NCBI GenBank assembly: GCA_964016885.1 | Contig: OZ024742.1 | Coordinates: forward strand, 222,208,001 to 222,272,000 | Direction: 5' to 3' | Source: Eledone cirrhosa | Lineage: Eukaryota | Length of the DNA: 64,000 nt | Shown here: one piece after another, positions 1 to 12,937 of the stretch | How the letters are laid out: the number at the start of each line of letters is the position of its first letter | How positions within the stretch are numbered: position 1 is the first letter of the stretch | Notes under the pieces: generated by a model | The model's input: only the letters and a program-made list of their open reading frames with translations | Database searches by the model: none | Told to the model about the DNA's origin: nothing | Position numbers and translations under genes: made by a program

Positions 1-158
1 CTGGCTAATTGACCACTCTCCAAAGAAAAAAACGGCCTGTGCCATGAAGTGGTCCTGTGTATCTAAATACCATCCCACCCCAAAAAATCCCCCCCCATCC
101 ACCACCCCTCCCTTACCACTACCTAAATGTATAACTACCAGAACTTAATATGACACCC

Positions 159-209
159 AGCTTCCTGAAGATTTCATCTGAATGAAACAGTACTAGTCCT
201 GTAGAAGCT
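159..209 (+). ncRNA. Type I hammerhead ribozyme
   Basis: Stem I AGCTTC/GAAGCT, core CTGAAGA, short stem II (TTCA/TGAA), GAA, stem III ACAG/CTGT, cleavage triplet GUA (201-203). Homologous to 30363-30416; the host element ends in a (TA)n tract near 298. Confidence 0.8.
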
Positions 210-309
210 CCTTCTATAAAATAAAAATTTTTTACTCTGCCATGTATTGAGTACCTTACTTACTGTGGTTATCCCCGACTCAACCCGGGACCTACGTATA
301 TATAAATAT

Positions 310-403
<94 letters not shown>

Positions 404-630
404 ATAAACAATTAAGTTAAAAATGTACATCCACATATGTATACTGAAATACTAGTATGCATATGAATACACACACGTGTACATATGTAGATGTACCGAG
501 TTTTTCACTGGACACTTTACTGTGAGTGTCCAGCTATTCTGTATGTAAACACACAGACAAACCGGTTTTTAGAGTCATACTGGTTTTCGAGGAAACACCT
601 TTCCTCTATTCTCCAGAAAGCCAGACAAGG

Positions 631-675
631 AATATTGGACTAGTTTCGATGTTGTTACATCTCATCAGCAATATT
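631..675 (-). ncRNA. Minimal type I hammerhead ribozyme (inverted copy)
   Basis: Exact reverse complement of 1007-1051. Confidence 0.88.
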
Positions 676-1006
676 TACCTATCTTCCGGCCTTTCTAGAG
701 AATCGTAAAAGCACATATCGTTATATGCTTTTTCTATGAAAATTAGTAGTGGGCAGACTAATTTGCATAGAGCGTGAGTACGTACCGGTACATTTTTAAC
801 TTAATTGTTTAAGCGTCAGTCATACAAAAGTGAGTTACAAACGAAACGAAATTTAATTTCGTTTCGTTATTTGTTTTTATCGTCTCCGCTGAACCGGTAC
901 GTACTCACGCTCTATGCAAATTAGTCTGCCCACTACTAATTTTCATAGAAAAAGCATATAACGATATGTGCTTTTACGATTCTCTAGAAAGGCCGGAAGA
1001 TAGGTA

Positions 1007-1051
1007 AATATTGCTGATGAGATGTAACAACATCGAAACTAGTCCAATATT
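1007..1051 (+). ncRNA. Minimal type I hammerhead ribozyme
   Basis: AATATTG-CTGATGA-GATG(TAACAA)CATC-GAA-ACTAGT-C-CAATATT: 7-bp stem I, 4-bp stem II, palindromic ACUAGU stem III, GUC cleavage site at 1042-1044. Confidence 0.9.
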
Positions 1052-1339
1052 CCTTGTCTGGCTTTCTGGAGAATAGAGGAAAGGTGTTTCCTCGAAAACC
1101 AGTATGACTCTAAAAACCGGTTTGTCTGTGTGTTTACATACAGAATAGCTGGACACTCACAGTAAAGTGTCCAGTGAAAAACTCGGTACATCTACATATG
1201 TACACGTGTGTGTATTCATATGCATACTAGTATTTCAGTATACATATGTGGATGTACATTTTTAACTTAATTGTTTAAGCGTCAGTCATACAAAAGTGAG
1301 TTACAAACGAAACGAAATTTAATTTCGTTTCGTTATTTG

Positions 1340-1659
<320 letters not shown>

Positions 1660-1660
1660 T

Positions 1661-2010
1661 AAAAATCAGTGATGCACCTGAACTCAATTTATTGTGTGTT
1701 ACAATTGTTTCGCCGGCGAACAGCTCGAGACGCGGTCATTGTGTGGATCTGTCTGATTCTGGACCCGCAGGTTCGACGGACACGTCTAATGATGTCGTCT
1801 AATGCTCCGAAATCATTAGACGTGTCCGTCGAACCTGCGGGTCCAGAATCAGACAGATCCACACAATGATCGCGTCTCGAGCTGTCCGCCGGCGAAACAA
1901 TTGTAACACACAATAAATTAAGTTCAGGTGCATCACTGATTTTTCGTTTTCTATTCTATCATACTCTGCTCTGTAAGAGCATAGAGTGCTCAACCGGCAT
2001 ACCGCCTATG
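1661..2010. mobile_element. Fold-back element with variant long-stem-II hammerhead
   Basis: Inverted arms 1661-1793 and 1812-1944. GTGT-CCGTCGA-long stem II-GAA-ACAATTGT-A-ACAC at 1822-1909 (+) and 1696-1783 (-). Tail 1935-2003 is similar to the reverse complement of 53382-53452. Confidence 0.65.
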
Positions 2011-2056
2011 GAAGCATCTTAGCTACCATCAGACACACACACACACATATATATAT

Positions 2057-2087
<31 letters not shown>

Positions 2088-2089
<2 letters not shown>

Positions 2090-2432
2090 TGTTTCTACTT
2101 TAGGCACAAGGCCAGCAATTATACAGTGCATTACTGGTACTTTATTTTATCGACCCCGTAAGGATGAAAGGCAAAGTCAACCTCGGCGGGATTTGAACTC
2201 AGATTGTAAAGGGACGTAACTATGCTAGAAAACATGGCGTCCAACCCTCTACCGATACTGATAATTCACCGCCCTAATAATATTAATAATAATAATAATA
2301 ATAATAATTGTTTCTACTTTAGGCACAAGGCCAGCAATTACCAGTGCATTACTGGTACTTTATTTTATCGACCCCTTAAGGATGAAAGGCAAAGTCAACC
2401 TCGGCGGGATTTGAACTCAGGTCGTAAAGGGA
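2088..2432 (-). mobile_element. Two tandem tRNA-derived SINEs (Meta-domain-like core)
   Basis: Reverse complement of GAGTTCAAATCC B box plus GCCTTTCATCCTTACGGGGTCGATAAAATAAAGTACCAG core and (ATT)n tail. Multicopy in the window. Confidence 0.85.
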
Positions 2433-2435
2433 CTA

Positions 2436-2668
2436 TAATAATAATAAATTTGAAGACTAAAATCCAAAGAGGACTCGATAAGGATAAATATATATCAAAT
2501 ATATAAGAACCCTAGAGCAAATATTTATTAAAATAACAGATTAAAGTTTAAGCAAAGAATCGCTGCTTTCACCCTTAACGGGATTTTCTGAAACTTTCAG
2601 AAGATCGCGTTAAGGGTGAAAGCAGCGATTCTTTGCTTAAACTTTTATCTGTTATTTTAATAAATAAA
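2436..2668. mobile_element. TA-associated repeat with ~72-bp hairpin; same family at 22901-23530
   Basis: Arms 2522-2593 and 2595-2666. 2436-2524 matches 22903-22992, and 2595-2660 matches 23461-23530. Confidence 0.7.
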
Positions 2669-2904
2669 TATATATATATATATATATTGGTAAACGGAAT
2701 AGAAAATGCTGACAAATTGTTCACAGTTGAAAAATAGTTTAATTAGATAAAAGAGTATTAGTAATTGTATGGGTTAGTATTCAGTTGTGGTTTTAAGTTT
2801 TTAAGTTTTTACCGGTTGCGCATTTCTAAATGCTTTTCAAAAATAATTTTGAGATAGAGTGTCCGTGTTGTTTGCTCTGATCTGATTAGTTTTGGGAATT
2901 CTAC

Positions 2905-3154
2905 CTGTTTTTATGTTAAAAAAGTGGCTCCAGCGCTACTTTGGTGTTGCAAAAATTCTTGTGGTCAAAACAATTTTGATTGGTTGGTAGAGGTCATGTG
3001 AATGTAAAAAATTGATTTTACGCCAAGACTGTTTTTATGTTAAAAAAGTGGCTCCAGCGCTACTTGGTGTTGCAAAAATTCTTGTGGTCAAAACAATAGT
3101 TGATTGGTCGGTAGAGGTCATGTGAATGTAAAAAATTGATTTTGCGCCAAGACT
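2905..3154. repeat. ~122-bp tandem duplication
   Basis: CTGTTTTTATGTTAAAAAAGTGGCTCCAGCGCTAC...CGCCAAGACTG occurs twice. Confidence 0.85.
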
Positions 3155-3177
3155 GAGAAATGACTCTTTCACAACAA

Positions 3178-3247
<70 letters not shown>

Positions 3248-3628
3248 TAGTAGTAGTAGTAGTAAAGTGTTCGATGTTGTGATAATGGTTAGCAGGGATG
3301 TGTGTGCGAACTGCAGCCTGTTGACAGTTCAAATGGCTATTAAGATAAGTGTGTGTGTGTGTGTATAAGTCTCTTTGTATGTTAATGTACGCGTGTGTAT
3401 GTGTGTGTGTGTGTGTATATATGTGTGTGGGTGGGTGGGTGGGTGGACCAGTATTTTTTTCCCCTGGTTAAATGGTGTACATTATTCGATATTTTCAGTA
3501 AAATCGGTTCTTTTAATAGAACATCAAAAATCTTAACAATAAAAGGTGTGAAATGATATTCACTATATATATATATATATTCACTATATATATATATACA
3601 CATATATTTTTTTGTGTGTATGTGGGGT

Positions 3629-3733
<105 letters not shown>

Positions 3734-4020
3734 GTCGTTGAAACCACAGGCGGTCTAAAAGCTGATGAGTGTATTTAAATGCTTGTGTGATCTTCTCTCC
3801 TCCATGCTCTTCCTTTTCTTATTTTTTCCTATCTTTTCTGCGAGCCAACACACTTCTAGCCGCTGATTTCTATCCTTTGAGGTAAATCTTACCCGGCGCT
3901 GTCATTGACGCCATTTTGCTGTTTTAACAGTTGCCTTGCGCTGAGTTCTTCCGATTATTCCACGAATGAAAACTATATATTCTCGACTGTTTTCAAGTCC
4001 AGCAGTCGCAAGCGGTGAGA

Positions 4021-4073
4021 GGGACCGTCCTGAAGAAGGCCAGTCAAGCCTGAAATACATAGACGGTTGTCCC
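4021..4073 (+). ncRNA. Minimal type I hammerhead ribozyme
   Basis: ACCGTC-CTGAAGA-AGGC(CAGTCAA)GCCT-GAA-ATACAT-A-GACGGT, AUA site at 4059-4061. Lies in a non-microsatellite island (3732-4215) between (TG)n and (TA)(TG)n. Confidence 0.85.
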
Positions 4074-4227
4074 CCTTGTTTCTGCTGGACACCACCAGAG
4101 GCCGTTAGCTGCGGTGTTTGCATAGCTACCGCTTCCTAAATCCGTGTTTCTTTAGAAATACGAAATTTCTATACATATTTGTATAAAGCTATGCTTGAAG
4201 CAATATCTTATTTCTTTTATATATATA

Positions 4228-4304
<77 letters not shown>

Positions 4305-4686
4305 GCAATCTCTCATGCATGCTGCATCATGTAACATATTCCCTTATGTTTACATCTATAATACAATTATAAACACAAACCTACTGACTGTCCACCTCTT
4401 GAGTTTTCTTTTCTTTTCATAAAATTCATTCTTTTGCTGACATTAAACAACTGAAAAGCAGATGTTTGCCATGAAAAACCTGAAGGTTATATTCCTCAGT
4501 CATATTGGGTTTTGTATAGTTCACTGTCAATGAACCATTAAGAATATAGTCTTCTCGTATAATTCATGGATCCCCTTAAACAAAATATTTGTATGTTAGT
4601 TTCAAATGACATTTAAAATAGATAATGTATCTATGTATGTACACACACACACACACAGACACACACACACAGAAGTATATGTATGC

Positions 4687-4754
<68 letters not shown>

Positions 4755-4774
4755 ATATATATATATATATATAT

Positions 4775-4869
<95 letters not shown>

Positions 4870-4901
4870 ATTATATATATATAATATATATATATTATAT
4901 A

Positions 4902-4955
<54 letters not shown>

Positions 4956-4957
<2 letters not shown>

Positions 4958-5171
4958 CAAAGAAAGTGTGGTAAGAAATCAGGGTGACCTTAACGCACCA
5001 GAATACTCGATACTTAGGGTAGTAGAGTGAGTAATAGGAAAAGAGTCAGGATCCCGATGGCTGAGCTCCAGCCGTTTCGACAGCTAGATCCGAACTAATA
5101 TGACCTCTGGCTTACTTCGGATCTAGCTGTCGAACAGCCGGAGCTCAGTCGTCGGGGTCCTGACTCTTTTC

Positions 5172-5178
<7 letters not shown>
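4956..5178. mobile_element. TA-flanked hairpin element; family also at 30882-31030 and 52194-52252
   Basis: Inverted arms ~5033-5094 and 5117-5175. Shared GCTGAGCTC(A/C)AGCCGTTTCGAC motif. All three copies abut (TA)n. Confidence 0.65.
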
Positions 5179-5229
<51 letters not shown>

Positions 5230-5249
5230 GATATAGATATATATATATA

Positions 5250-5987
5250 GAATATAATATGTTGAGAAGGTAACACACCAGAGAGAGACATATAGTGCGT
5301 TATCAATAATACAGGGAAAAACCACTATATTATTGATAACGCACTATCAACATATTATATTCTAAAGGGCTCAGGATCTCTTCCCCTTTGAGCACATTAT
5401 TTACAGGGAATAACGACGGCCTATGCCTCCGTTAATTTATCGTGATATTTCGCTCCTAACAACAGCCTTTCCTATCTCTGTTTTGTTGAGCACTCTTCTC
5501 TGAGTGGCTTTGGGCTGCCCTTTCTAGCAGTTCGTCTCTCAGAGGCCACTGGTTCACTGCCCTTAAACACGCTGTGACTTCTCTCTCCCACGTGTAGCTG
5601 GACAGTCAATTGTAAAATTCTCTTAGTGTTGTCTGAAATGTATAGCCTTACACACGCTGATGAACCGAGACTAACATTTCTTTCAACAATTTTTCTGGTG
5701 AAACATATCTCTGGATTTGTACGTGTGTTATATAGTTATAGAGGTATTTATTTACGCTTTAATTTATATTTTTAATTATCGTGTCTATAGTCTGCCTTTC
5801 ATAGGTTATAGATTCCATACACTGGTGGTTTTTTCCCTGTATTATTGATAACGCACTATATATCTCTCTCTGGTGTGTTACCTTCTCAACATATTATATT
5901 CTAAAGGGCTCAGGATCTCTTCCCCTTTGAGCACATTATTTACAGGGAATAACGACGGCCTATGCCTCCGTTAATTTATCGTGATAT
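5250..5987 (+). mobile_element. Penelope-like pLTR/retrozyme-like element: ~539-nt unit with terminal redundancy and inverted 5' segment
   Basis: 5348-5447 is repeated at 5887-5986. 5250-5325 is the reverse complement of 5825-5902. Internal hammerhead; (TA)n on both sides. Confidence 0.78.
5650..5728 (+). ncRNA. Type I hammerhead ribozyme
   Basis: ACACACG-CTGATGA-ACC...GGT-GAA-ACATATC(TCTG)GATTTGT-A-CGTGTGT: 7-bp stem I, GUA site at 5719-5721. Confidence 0.85.
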
Positions 5988-6097
5988 ATATATATATATA
6001 TATATAAAACAAAAGGTCGAGAGGACTATTCAGGTGTGCCGAAACCATGATAAAATGTATCCAGTATTGTTGGGTGCGGGATTATATATAAGCTTGA

Positions 6098-6131
<34 letters not shown>

Positions 6132-6597
6132 GTATATATAAAGAGTAATATATATATATATTACTCTTTTACTCTTTTACCTGTTCCAGCCATTCCGCTG
6201 AGAGCATGCTGGGGCACTACCCTTGTATATATATATAGATATTTACATTATGGATACACGTGCTCTGCCATTTACTTGCACATTAATTTATTAATTTTAC
6301 GAGCAGACTGTTTGTCCCGTTGCGCAAATAACTTAAACACTCATCATTGGAAACCAATGGAGGTCTAACACATACACACATACATATACACATACATATG
6401 CACGTCTGCGGAATGCTAAGCCACCTACGTAGTAATTTCACAAGCAGATTGTTGCTTTTGTGGATGAAGCAACTGGAACTCTCATCGTCGGAAACCGACG
6501 GAGGTCCAACAGAAGTTTACTTTGTGAGTGAAACTGTTTGTAAACCCATCAAATAGATTGTAACTTTAATACAAAGGCCCAACCATGTCACTTACAA

Positions 6598-7036
6598 CAG
6601 ACCTGCCAACCTCTAAAAAACCCAAACAGGTATTACCTTGAAAAAAAGTGCCCCAAAACGGGGAGAAATGAGGCAATGAAAGCTATAGTCATTTTCACCG
6701 GAAGAGATATCTCTCATCCACTCCAAAGGTTATTGCAAATCTCCCCATCGGACTGGGAGAGTTTACAGGTTTGTTAAATGTATGTAAGAATCTTTAAGTT
6801 ATGTTCCAAACACCAACTTAACAACGAGAAAGTTAGTTATATTACTAAATCTTCTAATTCAGGTTTACTTTCAAAATTATTTGAAACTTGTGGACATTAA
6901 AAACATTAAAAAAACATTAAAAACATTATTTCCAATTTAGGCACACGGCCAGAAATTTAGGTTGGGCGGACATCTCTCACCTACCCCAAAGTGGGTGGGA
7001 GATCTCCCCGTCGGACGGAGAGAGTTGACAGGTCTG
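6598..7036. mobile_element. MITE(s) with CAGACCTG(C/T)CAAC termini; second copy 10221-10392
   Basis: CAGACCTGCCAACC...GTTGACAGGTCTG terminal inverted repeats and shared internal sequence. No clear target-site duplication (TSD). Confidence 0.6.
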
Positions 7037-7244
7037 ACACAGTATCATGCTGAATCTTTCTAAGAATTACGTTAAAGGTTGCATATGTCTGTGGAATGCT
7101 CAATCACAGTGACACGTTCATTTCACGAGCAGGCTATTCCATTGATCGAACAACTGGAACACTCTTTGCAAAGTCACCGAAGTACATTACACAGACAACA
7201 CATACACACATACACACACACATACATACACATATACATACACC

Positions 7245-7787
7245 CAGAGGCGTGACTAGGGGAAATGGCGTCTATGACAAACAGTAAAATTGCGCTCCTG
7301 CCCAGCACTGTATTTTTACATATAGGCCTAATAATTTAAATAAATGGTTTAATGATCCAGCCACCATAGTGTTTCTCACCCATTGTTGGAATGGCTCTTC
7401 CAGCGCATCCCCCTTACCATCCTCCGGGGAAACGCCTTCTCCATTCTGTCTGCCGGGGCTGTGAGGCGGCCAGCACGTGGGACCCTTTTGCTCACTATAC
7501 AGAGAGATGGAGAGGGCAAAAGGGATGGGGGGGGGGGCGATGACGGTCGGAATTCGGCTCTGTTCATTTTCCAACAGCTTTACAGTGTGTATTGAGTGCA
7601 TTTTATCATAGCACCAGCCCTAGAGCGGTTATCTAGCCAATCAAAGACAGATCATGCATCTGAAGGAGTTTCTTTCTTCACTAAACCAACGAGGCTTATT
7701 TGACTTTAATAGAACATGCTCCTAGTACAAGTGGCACCCCCTTTATTTGGCACCCATGGCACTTGCCATACCCTAGTTAGGCCTCTG
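7245..7787. mobile_element. Non-autonomous hAT-type DNA transposon
   Basis: TIRs CAGAGGCGTGACTAGGG / CCCTAGTTAGGCCTCTG with a perfect 8-bp TSD CATACACC. Related copy in the opposite orientation at 47283-47791. Confidence 0.85.
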
Positions 7788-8229
7788 CATACACCCATTC
7801 ATAAACACATACATAAACACACACATACATACACATACACACACATATATACACAAACAGAGGCGTGTGTGTTAAGGGAATGCTCAGTAACTCGCACGAT
7901 AATTTCACAAATAGGCTGCTCTATCATCAAACAACTGGAACACTCATCGTCGTAAACCGATGAAGGTCCACCAGACAACAGACTTCTTAGTCTGCTTCCA
8001 GAATTAACTAAGACTAGAACAGACTGTTTGAGTGTGTATGAGTAGCTATTGTATGGTGTGTGTGTGTGTGTGTATGAGTAGGTGTGTTTATGTGTGTGTG
8101 TAAGCATCTGTATTTGTGTGTGAGGGCATCTGAGTGTGTGAGTACCTGTGTATCTGTGTGTGTATGTGTAAGTACGTGTGTTATGTGTGTGAATAGCTGT
8201 GTTTATGTATGTGAGTATCTGTGTTTGCT

Positions 8230-8520
8230 TGTGAGTAGCTGTGTTTGTGGATGTGTGAGTAACTGTGTTTGTGGATGTGTGAGTAGCTGTGTTTGTGGAT
8301 GTGTGAGTAGCTGTGTTTGTGGATGTGTGAGTAACTGTGTTTGTGGATGTGTGAGTAACTGTGTTTGTAGATGTGTGAGTAACTGTGTTTGTGGATGTGT
8401 GAGTAACTGTGTTTGTGGATGTGTGTGAATAGCTGTGCTTATGTATGTGAATATCTGTGTTTGTGGATGTGTGTGAATAGCTGTGTTTATGTATGTGAGT
8501 ATCTGTGTTTGTGTGTGTGA
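8230..8520. repeat. 24-bp minisatellite
   Basis: Tandem GTGAGTA(G/A)CTGTGTTTGTGGATGT units. Confidence 0.9.
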
Positions 8521-8729
8521 GTGTGTTTGTCTGTGATGAGCTTGTCTGTGTGAGAGAAAGAGTATCTGTGTGCGCGTGTAATTGTGTATGCTTATCTGTG
8601 TGTGTGTGTGCGTGTAGCTATGTTTGTGTGTGTGCGTGTAGTTGTGTTTGAATGTGTGTGTGTAGTTGTTTGAGTGTGTGTGTGTAGTTGTGTGAGTGTG
8701 TGCGTGTAGTTGTGTGTGTATGTGTAGTT

Positions 8730-8806
<77 letters not shown>

Positions 8807-9015
8807 TGTGTGTGTGAGTGTAGTTGTGTGGGTGTGTGTGTAGATGTGTGAATGTGTGTATGCTTAGCCGTGTACGTGAGTATCTGCTTGTTAGTATCTG
8901 TGTAATTAACCCCAGAAACTTACTAGACGTCACTCTATTGTGTTGTAGTAAAACATTTGTTTTCGTGAATCACTGTTGTTCACGTGAGTGTATTAATTGG
9001 TCAGTGGTGGACTGA

Positions 9016-9096
<81 letters not shown>

Positions 9097-9502
9097 GGGG
9101 GGGGGATAAATAAAAAAAGTTTCAGTACTGGAATAGTACTTTATTTTATCAACGTTGAAGGGATTAAAAGTATAGTTAACCTCGGCAGGATTTGAACTCA
9201 GAGAACCAAAACGAATACCACAAGTTACCAACCGACATTCTGTCTGTTAATTCACCGTCTTACATGAATGGGTCCGTAACTTTGGTGGAATCGTAAGGGC
9301 ACCGTAGTAATATAAAGCGTATCAGGGGCATTTTATTATTCCTAGTGGTGCCCATGCCCTCAGCGGGTCTGAATACAGCCGATTTCTTCTAGAGACGTGA
9401 AATAGAAAGAGAGAGTGTGTGTGATAAGAAGGAAGCGAGAAAGAAATATAGAGGTAGAATTGACTCCAGTAATGGTCTAGTACTTATTTTATAAACCTCA
9501 AA

Positions 9503-10075
9503 ATAATTGTTTCTACTTTTGGTACAAGGCCAACAATTATCCCAGTACATTACTGGTGCTTTGTTTTATCTACCCCCGTAAGGATGAAAGGCAAAGTTAA
9601 CCTCGGCGGGATTTTGAACTCAGACCGTAAAGGGGCACAACTCTATGCTACAAAGCATGGTGTCCGACCCTCTACCGATACTCCCAATCCACCGCCCTCA
9701 ATTATAAACCTTAAAATAATTGTTTCTACTTTTGGCACAAGGCCAGCAATTACCCAGTACATTACTGGTACTTTATTTTATCCACCCCATAAGGATGAAA
9801 GGCAAAGTTAACCTCGACGGGATTTGAACTCAGAACGTAAAGGGACGTAACTATGCTAGAAAGCCAATTCACCTCCCTATAAACCTTAAAATAATTGTTT
9901 CTACTTTTGGCATAAGGCCAACTAATACCCAGTGTATTACTGGTACTTTATTTTATCAACCCCGTAAGGATGAAAGGCAAAGTTAACCTCGGCGGGATTT
10001 GAACTCAGAATAGCAGGGGCCGTAACTCAATGCGTCAAAGCATGGCGTCCGAAGCTCTACCGATACTGCCAATCC
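9503..10075 (-). mobile_element. Tandem array of three Meta-like tRNA SINEs
   Basis: Three head-to-tail copies of the SINE seen at 2088-2432, each preceded by ATAAACCT(T/C)AAAATAATTG. Confidence 0.85.
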
Positions 10076-10679
10076 AGAAAGACAAACTTGACCTCGGCGG
10101 TTTTTTTTAATCAAAGAGCACAGAGAGCCGGAACAAATACAGCAAAGCATTATATCTGACGTTCTAACAACTCTGCCTACATTTATAACTGAAAATAATT
10201 AGATATATAGTATGGTTAGGCAGACCTGCCAACCTCTAAAAATCCAAACGGAGAGTACCTTGAAAAAAAGTGCTCCAAAACGGGGAGAAATGAGGCAAAA
10301 CGGGGAAATTTTACATAATGAAAGCTATCTCTCACCCATGCCAAAGGGGGGTGGGAGATCTTCCCGTCGGAAGGGGAGAGTTGACTGGTCTGGTTTGGTC
10401 CCGTAACCCCTGATGTAGTCGTAGGGGCGCCGTAGTGGCATAGAGTGTTTCTTGGGCATTTTAAAGCCTGCCAGAGCCAATCCCTCTTGATATATACAAT
10501 TTGTTAACAAGGCTAAGAAGTGAGTCGTCTCCTTTTTGTTATTTTGTTTTTCTAATGAAGACAATAAAAACGTTATATATCTTATTAAAAATACAAATGG
10601 CTGACATTCTTGTCTCAGGAACTACGTCTTAGATACTTCAGATATAATTTTTGAGACACTTCCGCTTTCTTAATATGGC

Positions 10680-11575
10680 TGCTGTAGTGCTGCTGCTGGT
10701 GGTGGTGTTGCTGCTGCACCTGCTACTGGTGCTTGTAATGCCGGTGGTGGTGGTGGTGTTGGTGGTTGGTTGTGGTGGAGGTGGTGGTGGCGATGGTGGT
10801 GGTTGCGGTGCTGATGGTTGGTTGTAGTAGAGGTGGAGGTGGTGGTGGTGGTAGTGGTGGTGATGGTGGTTGGTTGTAGTGGTGGTGGTGGTGGTTGTGT
10901 TGCTGATGGTTGGTTGTAGTGGTGATGGTCGAGGTGGTGGTGGTGCTGCTGGTGGTTGGTTGTAGTGGTGATGGTGGTGGAGGTGGTGTGGTTGTGGTGC
11001 TGGTGGCTGATTGTAGTGGTGCTGGTGGTCATGGTGATAGTGGTGGTGGTTGGTTGTAGTGGTGATGGTGGAGGTGATGATGGTGGTGGTGGTGGTGGTG
11101 GTGGTGGTGGTGGTGGAGGAGGTGGAAGTGGTTGTAATGGTGGTATGTGTCTGATGGACAGCTAGCAGCATTACCATCACTTTCACCACCATCATCGTCA
11201 TCACTACCTCTATCATTACCACCACCATCATCACCATCACCATCATCACCACCACCACCAGCAGCATCGCAACCGTGACCATCACTACCATGACCATCAC
11301 CATTACCACCATTATTACCATTACCATCATCATCATCACTACCACCATCATCACCATCGTTATCACCATCACCACCGCCATCACAACCACTACCATCACC
11401 ATCACTATCAACACAACCATCAATACCATCATCTCCACCACCATCATCATTACCACTACCACCACCACAAGTACAACCATCACCACCACCACCATCACCC
11501 CCCCCCCCCCCCCATCACCACCACTACCATCAACACCATCACCATCACCACTACCATCACCGACACCATCACCAA
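10680..11575. repeat. Degenerate (GGT)n then (CAC/CAT)n trinucleotide tracts in opposite orientation
   Basis: GGT-rich 10680-11145 switches to ACC/ATC-rich 11165-11575. Confidence 0.9.
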
Positions 11576-12498
11576 AAAGACAGTTACATAAACCAATATT
11601 GATTTTAATACATGTTGAAGAAAAGAGGTTAGCAGAGTGTGTGTGTGTGTGAGAGAGAGCGGGGGGGGGGGGAATAGGAAGACATAAAGAGAGATAGACA
11701 GACAGAGAGAAGAGAGATGGGGAAGAGGGAGAGAGAGAAAGACAGAAAGAGTGAGAGAGAGAAAGGGAGCAAGATATAAAATAATAATGACTGCTGTCAA
11801 GTCTCTCATCATCAAAAAACATCAGAAATTATTTTACCATCTTTGAAATGATGGTATATACACATAGTGCTGCATAATGTAGCATGGTGCAGCGTAGTAT
11901 AGCATAGTGCAGCATAAGTGCAGCGTAGTGCTGATGCACTTATTGACTCAAGCAACAGCAGCTGTACTTATTGTACTTACTTGTGAATTTATCTGGCTTA
12001 GTGGTGAGGGTATTCGACTCACGAGTGTATGATCGTGAATTCTATCCCCAGTGCTACGTTGCGTCCTTGAGAAAGACTCTATATATAAATTTGAGCGACT
12101 TCCGTCCGTCCTTCCGTCACACAATGTATGTGTGTGTAAAAGGAAGGAAGCAGATGATGAAAAACTATAGAAAAACAGCGGCCGGTGTTTCATTTATTAC
12201 GCTGTGCGTGAGTATGTGTATGTGTGTAACTGTATGTGTGTGTCTGTGTGTGTTTGTGTGAATGTATATGTATTTGTGTGAATGTACGTCTGTGAGTGTG
12301 TATTTTTGTAAGTGTGTCTCTGTTTGCGCGTTTATATTTATATACTCATACATATAAATGTATGCATTTGCACATACACACACGCACAGACATATCAACT
12401 GGAACCTTCATTGTCCGAAAAATGCAAAGGTACAACATATATATATATACAAAGTGAAAGGATGGAAGAAAGAAATATGACAGTGTGTATACATATAT

Positions 12499-12937
12499 AA
12501 CTAGACCTAAAAAATGCGCAAGCTCAAAAGAGCCACAATAAACCTTCAAAAGTATGGGACTAGAGTTGTTGCACAAAAATATTGTAATCATTATCTATCG
12601 TACATTCTGTCGCATCCTTTTATAAAAAAAGAGACTCATAACGAACTGAAGACGACACGATAATTATTTAAGCTAATGTTCAATATCTCATATTAGATGT
12701 TTAGTAATGATTAATACGAAATGCACTTAAACCAAATTCTATATTATAAATTTACTTAAATAATTATCGTGTTGTCTTGAGTTCGTTATGAGTCTCTTTT
12801 TTATAAAAGGATGCCACAGAATGTACGATAGATAATGATTACAATAATTTTTAGCAACAACTCTAGTCCCACACTTTTGAAGGTTTATTATAACATTCTG
12901 TGGCTCTTTTGAGCTTGCGTATTTTTCAGGTCTAGTT
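12499..12937. mobile_element. Fold-back element with ~175-bp inverted arms ending in CTAG
   Basis: Arms 12499-12672 and 12755-12937. No hammerhead core found. Confidence 0.7.

Noticed and set aside
526-1156. Identical 60-aa ORFs on opposite strands
   Set aside because: They result from the inverted repeat, have a GTG start, run antisense across the ribozyme and show no protein motif.
3740-3790. Type II hammerhead-like arrangement GAAACC..GGTC..CTGATGA
   Set aside because: No stem I hairpin or stem II partner can be formed.
10638-11822. 394-aa ORF
   Set aside because: Translation of trinucleotide microsatellites (poly-V/M/T/H/P).
12174-12206. Minus-strand ACAGCG..GAAACACCGGC..CGCTGT hammerhead-like remnant
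   Set aside because: Lacks the CUGANGA core, stem II and NUH.
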